NCBI GenBank assembly: GCA_046352645.1
Contig: JBJTJV010000051.1
Location: forward strand, 1 to 40,290
Length of the DNA: 40,290 nucleotides
Source of the DNA: Chloroflexota bacterium
Lineage (GTDB): Bacteria; Chloroflexota; Limnocylindria; Limnocylindrales; CSP1-4
Direction of reading: 5' to 3'
Positions 1 to 9,789 of the stretch are shown here, in pieces. Below the pieces are notes generated by a model. It saw only the letters and a program-made list of their open reading frames with translations. It was not told the DNA's origin and did no database searches. The stretch's first letter is position 1. Each line of letters opens with the position of its first letter. A program made the translations under genes and the position numbers.

Positions 1-179
1 CCCGGCACCGCGATCTCGCGCCAGCCATCGTCGGCGGGTTCCTCCACCGGCCCGGGCAGGAGCGCCAAGCGCCCCGCACCGGCGCGCGTCAGGCGATCGG
101 TGTGCGGGACGGCCATCATCGGCATCGGCAGCCGTCCACGCGACGTCAGCTCGGGGTCGGCCCACGGGGGCGTCGTCAT
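1..179 (-). CDS. GH2 beta-galactosidase-like protein, N-terminal fragment (gene continues beyond window start)
   Basis: The minus-strand frame is open to position 1. Translation is MTTPPWADPELTSRGRLPMP...ADDGWREIAVPG, which resembles GH2/LacZ N-termini (W-x-x-P-x-x-T-x-x-x-R-L-P, then W-x-x-I-x-V-P). GAGGAGG lies 8 nt upstream of the ATG at 179; an alternative ATG is at 218. It is absent from the supplied ORF track because it is truncated. Confidence 0.5.
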   Translation of the reverse strand, partial: MTTPPWADPELTSRGRLPMPMMAVPHTDRLTRAGAGRLALLPGPVEEPADDGWREIAVP

Positions 180-241
180 CCCGGCGTCCTCCTCGCTCGG
201 TCGGGGTCTGGAAGTCATCGCGGATGCATCGCCCCGGTGGG

Positions 242-253
242 TTGAACGTTCAA
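242..253. promoter_or_regulatory. Candidate operator, copy 1 of 4: perfect palindrome TTGAACGTTCAA in the divergent GH2 / MBL-GH38 intergenic region
   Basis: Exact self-complementary 12-mer with a central CG. Flanks are GGG...GCCG, as at copy 3. A TACGCT hexamer follows at 262-267. Confidence 0.6.
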
Positions 254-306
254 GCCGATGCTACGCTCCGGCCATCGGGCGACGCGGAGCCAGGGAGGGG
301 TCGATC

Positions 307-342
307 ATGCGGTGGCTCGGGATGCCGGTGGCACGTCCATGA
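307..342 (+). promoter_or_regulatory. Candidate 11-codon leader ORF (MRWLGMPVARP) translationally coupled to the MBL-fold gene
   Basis: GGGAGG at 293-298 lies 8 nt from the ATG at 307 (6 nt counting the full G-run to 300). The stop TGA at 340-342 overlaps the ATG (339-341) of the downstream gene as ATGA. That downstream ATG has no Shine-Dalgarno sequence of its own. Confidence 0.25.
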
Positions 343-2252
343 GCGTTCCGTCGAGCTCGCCTGCAGGCTGGCAGCCGGTCCTGCCGGGCGTCCTGCGGTG
401 GCGGGACAGCTGCAACGTCTACGCGCTCATCGGCCCCACGGGGACGGTCATCGTCGATGCGGGGACGGGCGCCTGGATCGATGCGGTCGGCGACTTGCCG
501 GCCCCGCCCGTCGCGCTCCTGTGCACGCATCACTTCCGCGACCATTCCGCGGGTGCCGCGCGCGCGGCTCGGGAGCTGGGGATCCCCATCCACGTACCGG
601 AGCGGGAGGTGGCCCTCTTCCGCGACGCGGTCGAGCACCATCGCGGGCGGCAGACCTTCATCGTCTATGCGAACGGGTGGGACCACTACGCCCCGATCGA
701 GGATATCCCGGTCGCGGGCGTGCTCCGGGACCACGAGCGGATCGAGCTCGGCGGGCTGGAGCTGGAGGTGGTCCCGCTCCCCGGCGCGACGGTCGGCCAG
801 GTCGGGATCGCGTTCCCGATCCGCGGCGGGACCGAGCGGGCGATCTGCGTGGGCGAGACGATCCACTCGCCCGGACGGGTGCCGCGGGTGGCCCCGTTCC
901 AGTGGGACTACAACGGCCTGCCAGGTGCGGTGGAGGTCTGGCACGCGGCGGCCGACCTGCGCCGGCGCGCGCCGGCGGCGCTCCTGCCGAGCATGGGCGA
1001 GCCGATCCTGACGGCGATCGATGCGGCGCTTGCCGCCCTCCAGGATTCGATGCGCGCGCTCGTCGGCGACATGGCGATGGAGACCGCGTGGATCGCGGAG
1101 CCGCGCATGGCGCTCCAGCGGGTGAGCGAGCGCGTCTGGGTGACACGGGATACGCACAGCGCGAGCCTCTTCGTGACCGGCACCTCCGGGCGGGCGCTGG
1201 CGATCGACTACGGGTACCACCACTGGCGGGTGGGCATGAGCCAGCCCGCACCGCACCGGCGGCGGTCGCTGCTCCATACGCTCGACCTCCTTCGGGATGC
1301 GGCGGGGGTCGAGCGGGTGGACGTCGTCATCCCCAGCCACTACCACGACGACCACGTCGCGGGGATCCCCCTGCTCCAGCGGCTCCATGGGACATCGGTC
1401 TGGGCGCACCGGTCGTTCGCCGGGCTTCTTGCCGATCCCGCATCGAGCGCATTCCCCTGCACGGAGCCGACGGCGCTCCCCATCGCGCGCGTGCTCGAGG
1501 ACGACGAGCCGGTCACCTGGGACGGGGTCACCTTCCGGTTCGCGGCGGCGAGCGGCCATACGCGGTTCGAGCACCTGATCGGCTGGGAGGTGGACGGCAT
1601 CCGCTACGCCTACTCCGGGGACCAGTACGGCTTCAGCAGCCGCGACGCCTTCGAGCGGATGGCGTATGGGGAGATCACGGACGAGCTGATCCGGGACTGG
1701 AGCCGGGTCCACGTGCGCGGGAACCACGTCTACCGTGGCGGCACGCTCCTCGACTCGTTCGCCCGCAGCGCCGCCTGGATGCGCGCCTGGCGGCCGGACA
1801 TCGTCGCGAGCGGCCACTGGCCGGTCGGCGTCACGGACGACACGTTCTTCGAGCGGCTCGACGAGCAGGCGCGGCGCTACGCGGAGGTCCACCGGCGGGC
1901 CATGCCCCTCGACGCGGCCGATGCGCACCTCGACGTCGATTCCTGGGGCGGGTGGCTCCGGCCCTACCGGCCCCACGTCATGGAGGGCGTGCCCGTCCGG
2001 CTCCGGGCCACCATCCGGAACCCGCTGCCGGGGGCGGCCCGCCTCACCGTCCGCCTCGTTGGGCCCGATGGCTGGACCGCCACGCCGGTCGGGATCGACG
2101 CACCCGGCCGTGACGAGGTCGAGGTCGATCTCGAGATCCTCCCCTCGGGCCCGGTCCGGCGCCGGCCGGTCGCGCTCGAGGTCGTCGCGGACGGCCGCCC
2201 GCTCGGGCAGGTGGCCGAGGCGCTCGTGACGGTCGGAGGGCCGCGCTGGTGA
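339..2252 (+). CDS. Tandem MBL-fold metallo-hydrolase with a C-terminal beta-sandwich (NEW3/NPCBM-associated-like) domain
   Basis: ORF 258..2252; start preferred at ATG 339 (MSVPSSSPAGW). The first MBL repeat has a degenerate motif, THHFRDH. The second has the canonical HxHxDH motif (SHYHDDHVAG). The tail, RLRATIRNPLPGAARLTVRLVGPDGWTATP...EVEVDLEILP, resembles glycosidase-associated beta-sandwich domains. Confidence 0.75.
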   Translation: MSVPSSSPAGWQPVLPGVLRWRDSCNVYALIGPTGTVIVDAGTGAWIDAVGDLPAPPVALLCTHHFRDHSAGAARAARELGIPIHVPEREVALFRDAVEHHRGRQTFIVYANGWDHYAPIEDIPVAGVLRDHERIELGGLELEVVPLPGATVGQVGIAFPIRGGTERAICVGETIHSPGRVPRVAPFQWDYNGLPGAVEVWHAAADLRRRAPAALLPSMGEPILTAIDAALAALQDSMRALVGDMAMETAWIAEPRMALQRVSERVWVTRDTHSASLFVTGTSGRALAIDYGYHHWRVGMSQPAPHRRRSLLHTLDLLRDAAGVERVDVVIPSHYHDDHVAGIPLLQRLHGTSVWAHRSFAGLLADPASSAFPCTEPTALPIARVLEDDEPVTWDGVTFRFAAASGHTRFEHLIGWEVDGIRYAYSGDQYGFSSRDAFERMAYGEITDELIRDWSRVHVRGNHVYRGGTLLDSFARSAAWMRAWRPDIVASGHWPVGVTDDTFFERLDEQARRYAEVHRRAMPLDAADAHLDVDSWGGWLRPYRPHVMEGVPVRLRATIRNPLPGAARLTVRLVGPDGWTATPVGIDAPGRDEVEVDLEILPSGPVRRRPVALEVVADGRPLGQVAEALVTVGGPRW

Positions 2253-2286
2253 GCAGCCGCGGTCACCGGCGGATCGCGCCGACCAG

Positions 2287-5200
2287 ATGACCGCCGCCCG
2301 CGGGTCCCGCGTGGCCCTCCTCGCGCTCGGGACCCCGGGCGGCGGCCCCGAGCTGTTCGCACAGGGATGGCCGACAGGCCGCACGCGCCTCGAGGTGCGT
2401 GCCCGCGGCGTGACGGTGCCACCCACCGCCTGGAGGGCCTTCCTGCCCGGTCCGCTCGACGCCCACCACGGCCTCCGCGACCACGCGGTCGCGCTGACGT
2501 TCGATGCCCGGGCTGCGTCGCGGGTGGTGGACGGGAAGACGATCGCCGTGCGCCTGCGGTACCACGCAAGCCACGGACCGCAGCCCGCACTCGAGGTGCG
2601 CCTCAATGGCGTCGGCGCATGGCTCCACCCCCAGGTCGTCCGCGACGACCGCAGGGAGGTCTACATGCCGACCCCGATCGCCGGGGTGGTTGACCGGGTC
2701 CTCGTCCTCCCGGGGGCGCTCCTCCGTCCCACGGGCAACCGGCTTGAGATCGTCAGCCGCACGCCCGACCCCGGCCCGCGGCCGGACGCGGTGGCGCCGG
2801 GAACGCGACGCGGGTGGCATGGCGCGCTCTTCGGCTCCGGGCTCGAGTGGGACCATCTCGAGGTCGCGCTCACCGAGGACGCCGTCCTGCCGACGCACGC
2901 CGAGATCGCGGTCTCGCCGCTCCAGCCGCGCGGACCGGACGGCCGCGCGATGACCCGGATCGAGGTCCTGCTCACCGGCCCAGGTCCGCTTCCTGCGTCC
3001 ACCCGACTTCACGTCGCGGGTCGGGGCGAGCCCGTCGAGCTCCCGCTCCCCGATGGGCACCCGGCGCGGGGCGACGTCAGGTGGCTCGTCGACCTTCCGG
3101 CGCTCACGGGTCCCACCGAGGTCCGCCTTGTCACGGACCCGGAGGATGGCCGGCCGCCGCTCGAGCTCGTCCGGACCCTTCACCCGGCCCGCCCGTGGGT
3201 CGTCCACGTCATCCCGCACGTCCACCTCGATGTCGGCTATACCGACGCGCAGGGCGCGGTCGTGGAGATCCACGCTCGGAACCTCGACCGGCTCCTCGGC
3301 ATGACCGACGGCGAGATGGGCTACCGGTTCGCGATCGATGGCAGCCTCGTGGTGGAGCAGTTCCTTGCGACGCGCCACCCCGCCGGCGGCGAGGCCCTCC
3401 TGGCGCGGCTACGAGATGGCCGGATCGATGTGAACGCCTACCAGGCGCTCTTCCTCGCAGGCATCGTGAGCCACGAGGAGCTCTACCGAGCGACGACGTA
3501 CGCGTTCGAGCTCGCCGCCCGGACCGGTGCTCCCGTCGAGTACGCGAACCTCACGGATGTCCCGGCGTACCCGACGAGCCTGCCCACGGCGCTCGCCTCG
3601 CTCGGCATCGGCTCGTTCCTCGGCATCCAGAACCACTTCCGGGCCTCCACCGCCACGAGCGACACGCTCCACCTCGCCTCCCCGTTCCGCTGGCAGGGGC
3701 CGGACGGGAGCGAGGTCGTCACCTTCCTCGCCGACCAGTACGGCCAGGTCCGGTGGCTCGCCGGTGATCCGCCCGGTGTCGCGGGCCTGGAGGACGGGCT
3801 CACCCGGTTCATCCGCCGGTTCGATCGCCCGAACCACGTGCCGGACGACCTCCCGCTCATCGGCATCGCGGCCGACAACGAGGACATCGGCGACGGCGAC
3901 CGGGAGCTCGTGGGCGCGTGGAACGCCCGGTACGCCTTCCCGCGCCTGGAGTGGAGCACGCCCCGTCGCTACTTCGCACAGGTCGCGGCGCACCGGGCCG
4001 ACCTCCCCGTCATCGCCGGGGACGGCGGAAGCTGGTGGGAGGACGGCCTCGGGGCAGCCGCTGCCGCCGTCGCGCGCTACCGCCGCGCCCAGGAAGCGCT
4101 GCTCGCCGCCGATGGCCTCGCCGCGCTCGTGACGCCGGCCGCGGCCCAGCTCACCGCACCGCACGCCGCACTCCGCGCGGGCTGGGACGCGCTCCTCCTG
4201 GGGGCGGAGCACACGTGGACATCGGCGCACGCGACCGCGCACCCCGAGAGCGAGCAGACGCACGACCAGCTCGCGTGGAAGGTCCGGCAGATCGATGCCG
4301 CCGCGGAAGCAGGGCAGTTCGAGCAGGGGCGGATCCTCGGCCAGCTGGCCGAGCTGATCGGCCGGGAGGCACCGTTCGTCGCCACCGTCAACCTCGCCTC
4401 GTGGACCCGTGACATCCCGGTCGAGGTCGAGCTCCGTCCTGACGAGGAGCTCCGGGAGGCCGGCCGGCCGCTCCGCGAGGTCGTCCTCTGGGACGACGGC
4501 GGACGCCGCCGGGTCCGGACCGCGGTCCGCGGCGTGCCACCGTTCGGCTACCGCACGATCGAGGTCGCGGTCCGTGCGGTCTCTCGCATCCGGCGCCGCC
4601 GGATCGCGCGACGACCCCGCTGCTCCGCCGAGGTCGACCCGGTGACCGGCTACGTCCACCATCTTGCGGACGGATCCGGGAGGGAGCTCCTCGATCCCGC
4701 CCGCGGCGCCGGTCTCGGCCAGGTACTCCATGTCGCGGGCGGCGGGGACCGGATCGGCCGGGGGATCGCGGACGCGACGATGCTCCTCGACCGGACCCCA
4801 CCGCGGCCGGAGCCGCGCCTCACCGTCACACCGTCGGTGGTGACGAGCGTGGAGCAGATCGACGATGCCGATGGGCGGACGATCCGGACGCTCGCCACGG
4901 CGCCGGCGATGCCGGAGATCCGCACCGAGGTCCTCCTCCCCGCCCGCGGGGACCGGGTCCGGGTCACGGTCACGATCGAGAAGGTCCCGGAGCTCGCGAA
5001 GGAATCGGTTATGTCGCCTTCCCGTTCGGGGCGGGCCTGCCACGGATCCGGTATGCCCGGCAGGTGGGCATCGTCGACCCCGCCCGGGATCACCTCCCCG
5101 GTGCCGGCAACGACTGGATCTGCGTCGGCGACTGGGCCGCGCTCACGGACGAGATCGACGGGCGCACGATCGCCTGGGCGAGCGCCGACGCGCCGCTCCT

Positions 5201-5732
5201 CGTCGTGGGCGACGTTGTGCGCGGTGCGTGGGCGGCGGACTTCCGGCCGGACGGCCTCCTCCTCTCCTGGATGATGAACAACCACTGGATGACCAACACC
5301 CCGCCGAGCCAGGGCGGGCGGATGTCGTTCACCTACGCGTTCGAGCCGATGCGGGCGTTCGACCCCGTCCGCGCCCATCGCCTGGGCCGCGAGCTCCGGA
5401 TGTCGCCGCTCGTCCGCACCTGCCGCCCGATCGACAAGCTCGGGCGTGCCGGGGGGCCGCTCCCGTCCGACGGCCGCCTCCTCGAGGTGACCTGCTCACG
5501 GAACGTGGCAGCGTACGCGGTCACCGGCCCGGTCGACGCGGTGCCGATGCTCCGTGTCCGCGAGCTCGCGGGGCGCGCGGGCGAGGTCCGGATCGACGGC
5601 GGCCGTACGCTCGTCCCCTGTCACCCGGTGACCGGGGCACCGGCCGGGCCGGCCACGACCCGGGCGACGATCGGGCGCTGGGGTGTGGCGAGCTTCCGGA
5701 TCGAGGGGTCGTTGCGGCCCGCGGGGCGATGA
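2287..5732 (+). pseudogene. GH38 alpha-mannosidase, reading frame broken by a 1-nt frame change near 5010
   Basis: VVHVIPHVHLDVGYTD is the GH38 catalytic N-domain signature. The frame of 2287 reads sensibly up to ...EKVPELAKESV (codon GTT 5008-5010). The sensible continuation, YVAFPFGAGLPRIRYARQVGIVDP...SWMMNNHWMTNTPP (GH38 C-terminal region), is in the frame of ORF 5064..5732 starting at TAT 5010-5012. The total length is not a multiple of 3. Confidence 0.8.
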
Positions 5733-5859
5733 CGATCCAGGCGGTACGCCGTGCCCGGACCCGACCTCGACCCTGCGGCGGCCAGGGATGAGATCGCTCG
5801 TGGTACTCCACCGGCGTGCAGCCGCATCCACCGTCAGCCGATCGCCTCGAGGGTGACCC

Positions 5860-7224
5860 ATGGCCTCATCGCACCCGAACCCGCAGGCGGCCGCTCGTTC
5901 CGTCGCCGTCCGCGCCGCGGCGCCGGTGCCGCCCAACATCCTCTACATCCACTCGCACGATAGCGGGCGCGATCTCTCGCCCTACGGCCACGCCGTCCCC
6001 ACGCCCAATCTGCAGTAGCTGGCCGCGGACGGCGTCCTCTTCCGCCAGGCGTTCAGCGCCGCGCCCACCTGCTCGCCGAGCCGGGCGAGCCTGCTGACCG
6101 GGCAGTACGCGCACCAGACCGGGATGATCGGGCTCGCGCATCGCGGCTTCTCGATGAACGATCCCGGGAAGCACATCCTGTACACGCTGCGGACGGCGGG
6201 CTACCGCAGCGTGCTCGCGGGGTTGCAGCACATCGCGGACACGCCGGAGAAGATCGGCTACGACGAGCCGTTGCGGCCGAAGAGCGACCGTGCGGCGGAC
6301 GTGGCGCCCGCCGCCGTCGCGTTCCTCGACCGCAAGCCGACGGAGCCGTTCTTCCTCGACGTGGGGTTCTTCGAGACCCACCGCGAGTATCCCGAGCCCG
6401 CGCCGGGCGACGAGCGGTACCTGCTGCCGCCCGCGCCGATCCCCGATACGCCGGCCACGCGCGCCGACATGGCGGGCTTTCACGCGAGCGCACGGGTGCT
6501 CGATGACGCGGTCGGGCAGGTGCTGGCCGCGCTCGAGCGCAATGGCCTGGCCGCCAACACGATCGTCGTGAGCACCACCGACCACGGCATCCCGTTCCCG
6601 CGGATGAAGTGCACCCTCACCGACGCCGGCATCGGGGTCTCGCTGATCGTGCGCGGTCCGGGCATCTTCGGCGGCGGCAGGGTGGTGGACGCCATGGTCT
6701 CGCACGTGGACGTCTTCCCTACCCTGTGCGAAGCCGTGGGCGTGCCGGTGCCGGCGTGGGTCGAGGGGCGCTCGCTCGTGCCGCTCCTGCGCGGATCGGC
6801 GCAGGAGGTCCGCGACGAGGTGTTCGCCGAGGTCACCTACCACGCGGCGTACGAGCCGCAACGTGCGGTGCGCACGCGGCGCTGGAAGTACATCCGGCGG
6901 TACGGCGAGCACACCGGTCCGGTCCTGCCCAACTGCGACGACGGTCCGAGCAAGCGCCTGTGGCTCGACGCCGGGTGGCGCGAGCGGCCGGAGGCGCGGG
7001 AACAGCTCTACGACCTGGTCTTCGACCCTGCCGAGCAGCACGATCTCGCCGCCGATCCGGGTGCGGCCACGGTCCTGGACGAGATGCGTGCACGGCTCGA
7101 TGCCTGGATGGAACGCACGGCGGACCCGCTGCTCAAGGGCAGGGTGCCGGCACCGGCGGGTGCGGAGGTGAACGCCGCAGACGGCCTCTCGCCGGACGAA
7201 CCGGCGCTGGACCCCCTGGAGTGA
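5860..7224 (+). pseudogene. Cys-type (formylglycine) sulfatase with an in-frame TAG at 6016-6018
   Basis: GAGGG lies 7 nt upstream of the ATG at 5860. Translation is MASSHPNPQAAARSVAVRAAAPVPPNILYIHSHDSGRDLSPYGHAVPTPNLQ*LAADGVLFRQAFSAAPTCSPSRASLLTGQ..., in frame with ORF 6124..7224 (sulfatase core, TTDHG, KCTLTDAG). The CSPSR (CxPxR) active-site motif lies downstream of the TAG but upstream of the first later ATG (6124). Confidence 0.8.
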
Positions 7225-7382
7225 TGGCCCGGTCGAGCCGAGCAGCACGGCAACGACCCACCGGACCCCGTCCCGCGCACGCAGCTCGTCCGGCGCCGCG
7301 GGCGTCCGGGTCGAGTGGCCGCCAAGGCCGGGAGCCCGGCCATGCGACGGGACCGCGGCCGACGGGGCCTGCAGCCGACCGG

Positions 7383-7388
7383 TATCCT
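7383..7388 (+). promoter_or_regulatory. Candidate -10 hexamer TATCCT, 7 nt upstream of palindrome copy 2
   Basis: TANNNT hexamer. The same TATCCTCT octamer recurs at 9778-9785. The geometry (hexamer, 7 nt ending GAGG, palindrome) is identical at 16069-16093. Confidence 0.35.
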
Positions 7389-7395
7389 CTCGAGG

Positions 7396-7407
7396 TTGAA
7401 CGTTCAA
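7396..7407. promoter_or_regulatory. Candidate operator, copy 2 of 4: TTGAACGTTCAA upstream of the TIM-barrel GH-like gene
   Basis: Exact 12-mer. Flanks are GAGG...GTCGAGGAG, as at copy 4. It lies between the candidate -10 and the GAGGAG ribosome-binding site. Confidence 0.6.
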
Positions 7408-7422
7408 GTCGAGGAGCGGCAG

Positions 7423-9567
7423 ATGAGCCCTGAACGCGCGTAGGACCTGGTCCTCGCCAACGACACGTTGCGCCTGGCCTTCAGCCGCGAGACCGGCGCG
7501 CTGACCGGCGTGGAGGCGGTGCAGACCGGGTGGCGCATCCTCGACCGGCCCCACCTCGGTCTCGCCTTCCGACTGCTCGTGCCCACGCGCTCGATGCTCG
7601 ACTGGCACGGGCCCGGGCGGCGGAGCACGACGGTCCTCGGCGACCGGCAGCCGCTCGCCGGGCTGGAGCTCGGTGCGGACGGCCGGAGCGCCACGTTCAC
7701 GTGGTCGAGGGGGGAGACCGACGACGGAGAGCGCCTGCAGATCGGCCTCTCCCTGCACGTCACCCTCGATGACCGCCAGGCGGTCTTCGCGATGACGATC
7801 GACAACCATTCGCCGTACCCCGTCGAGAACGTCTACGTGCCCTACCTCGGCGACCTCCGTCCGCCGGAGGGCGCGACCTGGCTGAAGGCGTTCGGCAAGA
7901 GCGCCTACGCGACGGCCGGGGAGTGGGACGTCTGGCCGGTCTACGACAGCCTCCTGCCCTACTTCGGCATCGATCATCCGCAGCAGATCGGGACCTGGGC
8001 CGTCGCCGCCTGCTCGCCTGCCAACCCGTTCATCCTGCTGCGGAGCGAGGACCAGGGACTGTGCGTCAGCCCGGCGAACGAGCGGACGGACCTCGTCGCG
8101 TGGCATACCGAGCTCCTGCCAGGCCACGCGAGCTGGCTCGATCAGCGCGTGCCGAGCGGCGAGACGATCGCCGGGCGGGATGTCGCGATCCGGTTCGCGC
8201 CCGTGCAGCTCCCCCACCTCCAGCCGGGTGAGCGGCGCACCCTCGTGCCGATCGCGCTGGAGCCGTACCGCGGGACGTGGCACGCCGGCGTGGATCGCTA
8301 CCGGCGCCGGCGTGATGCGTGGATCGTCCCCGCACCGGTCCCCGACTGGGCCCGGGAGCCCCACGCCTGGCAGCAGATCCAGGTCAACTCCCCGGAGGAC
8401 CGGTTCGCGATCCGCTCCTACCGCGAGCTCGTGGAGATCGGCGAGTCCTGCGCGCGGCATGGCGTCCGCGCGATCCAGGTCACCGGCTGGAACGACGGCG
8501 GGCAGGACCAGGGGAACCCGTCGCACGACCACGACCCGCGACTCGGCACGCGCGAGGAGCTCGCCGACGCGATCCGCGCCATCCAGGCGCTCGGCGTCAG
8601 GGTGATCCTGTTCTCGAAGTTCACGTGGGCGGACGGGTCCACCCCGCGCTACCACGACGAGCTGCGCGGGCTCGCGATCCGTGACGTCCACGGGGATGCG
8701 TTCCAGCACGGCGGCTATGGCTACGGGACCGCGACGACGCTGCTCGGCATCAACCGCCGCCGGCTCATCCCGATGTGCTTCCTCGCCGAGCGATGGCTGG
8801 AGATCTGCGAGGAGGAGTTCGCCAAGGTCCTCGCGCTCGGCGCGGACGGGACGCTCTACGACGAATGCCAGCACCACAGCCCGGCGCTCCAGTGCTTCGC
8901 GGACGACCACGGGCACCCGCCCGGCGCGGGCGTCTACGGCAACGATGACGAGCTGATCCGCCGCTTCCGTGCGCGCTCGGACGCCGTGAGACCGGACTTC
9001 CTCTACGCGGGCGAGGATATCTACGACCGGCAGCGTGGGTCCTACGCGCTCTCGTACATCCGGACCGAATCCGCCGTCCACGTCCCGCTGCTCCGCTACC
9101 TGGACCCGCGTGCGGCGCTCATGACCGCCGTCACCGGCTACGACGACCGCAACCTCGTGAACCAGAGCCTGCTCTACCGCTACGTGATGAGCTACGAGCC
9201 GCTCCAGTTCAAGGGACGGCTCGAGGAGATCCCGCTGACCGTCGCGTACGGACGGCGGATGGACGCGCTGCGGACGGAGCTGCGCGACTGGTTCTGGGAT
9301 GGCGACTTCCGCGATACCCAGGGCGGGATGGTGACCGTGGACGGACGCCCGCATGCGCCGTACGCGATCCACCTTGCCGCCGGGACCGGCGCGCCGGGGG
9401 TCGTGGGGGCGAGCTATGACCCCGAGCGGACGATCACCGCGCATGTGCGGCTCGACGACGGCCGGCCACTCACGCGCTATCGGCTCGTGGACGATGACGC
9501 GTGGCGCCCGGTCGTGGATGGCACGATCGTGGTTCCGCCGCGCTCGGCGGCCGTGGTCCTGCCCTGA
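7423..9567 (+). pseudogene. Glycoside-hydrolase-like TIM-barrel protein (DUF-type, family not firmly recognised) with an in-frame TAG at 7441-7443
   Basis: GAGGAG at 7411-7416 lies 6 nt from the ATG at 7423. Translation is MSPERA*DLVLANDTLRLAFSRETGALTGVEAV..., in frame with ORF 7468..9567, which begins at a TTG. The central region VRAIQVTGWNDGGQDQGNPSHDHDPRLGT...VILFSKF is typical of GH-like TIM barrels. Confidence 0.65.
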
Positions 9568-9755
9568 CCGACGCGCCGGCCGGGCCGGTGCGGGTCGCGG
9601 CTCCGTGCACCGTGATGCTGCCGGCTCACCGGGACGCCTCGTCCACCGGCGGCCACAGGGGATGAGCGGGCTTCGCCCTCGGACCGCGCTGTGACGGCCG
9701 CCGGATCGCTCGGTGTGGCAGCCCACGGAGCGCCCGAAGGTCGGCGCGCGACGGG

Positions 9756-9767
9756 TGGAACGTTCAA
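9756..9767. promoter_or_regulatory. Candidate operator, copy 3 of 4 (one mismatch): TGGAACGTTCAA
   Basis: Flanks are GGG...GCCG, as at copy 1. The left half-site coincides with a -35-like hexamer. Confidence 0.5.
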
Positions 9768-9783
9768 GCCGGCCCGCTATCCT
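9756..9783 (+). promoter_or_regulatory. Candidate promoter for a leaderless transcript: TGGAAC-N16-TATCCT-N6-ATG(9790)
   Basis: The hexamers and spacings are read directly from the sequence. There is no Shine-Dalgarno sequence before the ATG at 9790. Confidence 0.4.
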
Positions 9784-9789
9784 CTGCCG

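Noticed and set aside
258-338. ATG at 258 as the start of the MBL-fold gene (ORF-track start)
   Set aside because: It lies immediately after the operator palindrome and before the candidate -10 (262-267). It has no ribosome-binding site, and the extra 27 residues are Arg/Gly-rich filler. It is kept as a possibility only in the uORF finding.
7225-7382. Long non-coding stretches (7225-7382 and 9568-9755) as possible small RNAs or riboswitches
   Set aside because: I recognise no conserved riboswitch or sRNA motif, and there is no convincing structure beyond generic GC pairing. These stretches may simply be promoter spacers or remnants of deleted genes.
6016-7443. Pyrrolysine or genome-wide reassignment of TAG as the explanation for the two in-frame TAG codons
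   Set aside because: No pylT or pylSBCD-like gene is visible. Neither host gene is a methylamine methyltransferase. TAG appears to terminate three other ORFs here (15820, 23625, 29793) at sensible C-termini. The idea cannot be excluded without the whole genome, so the sites remain reported as findings.
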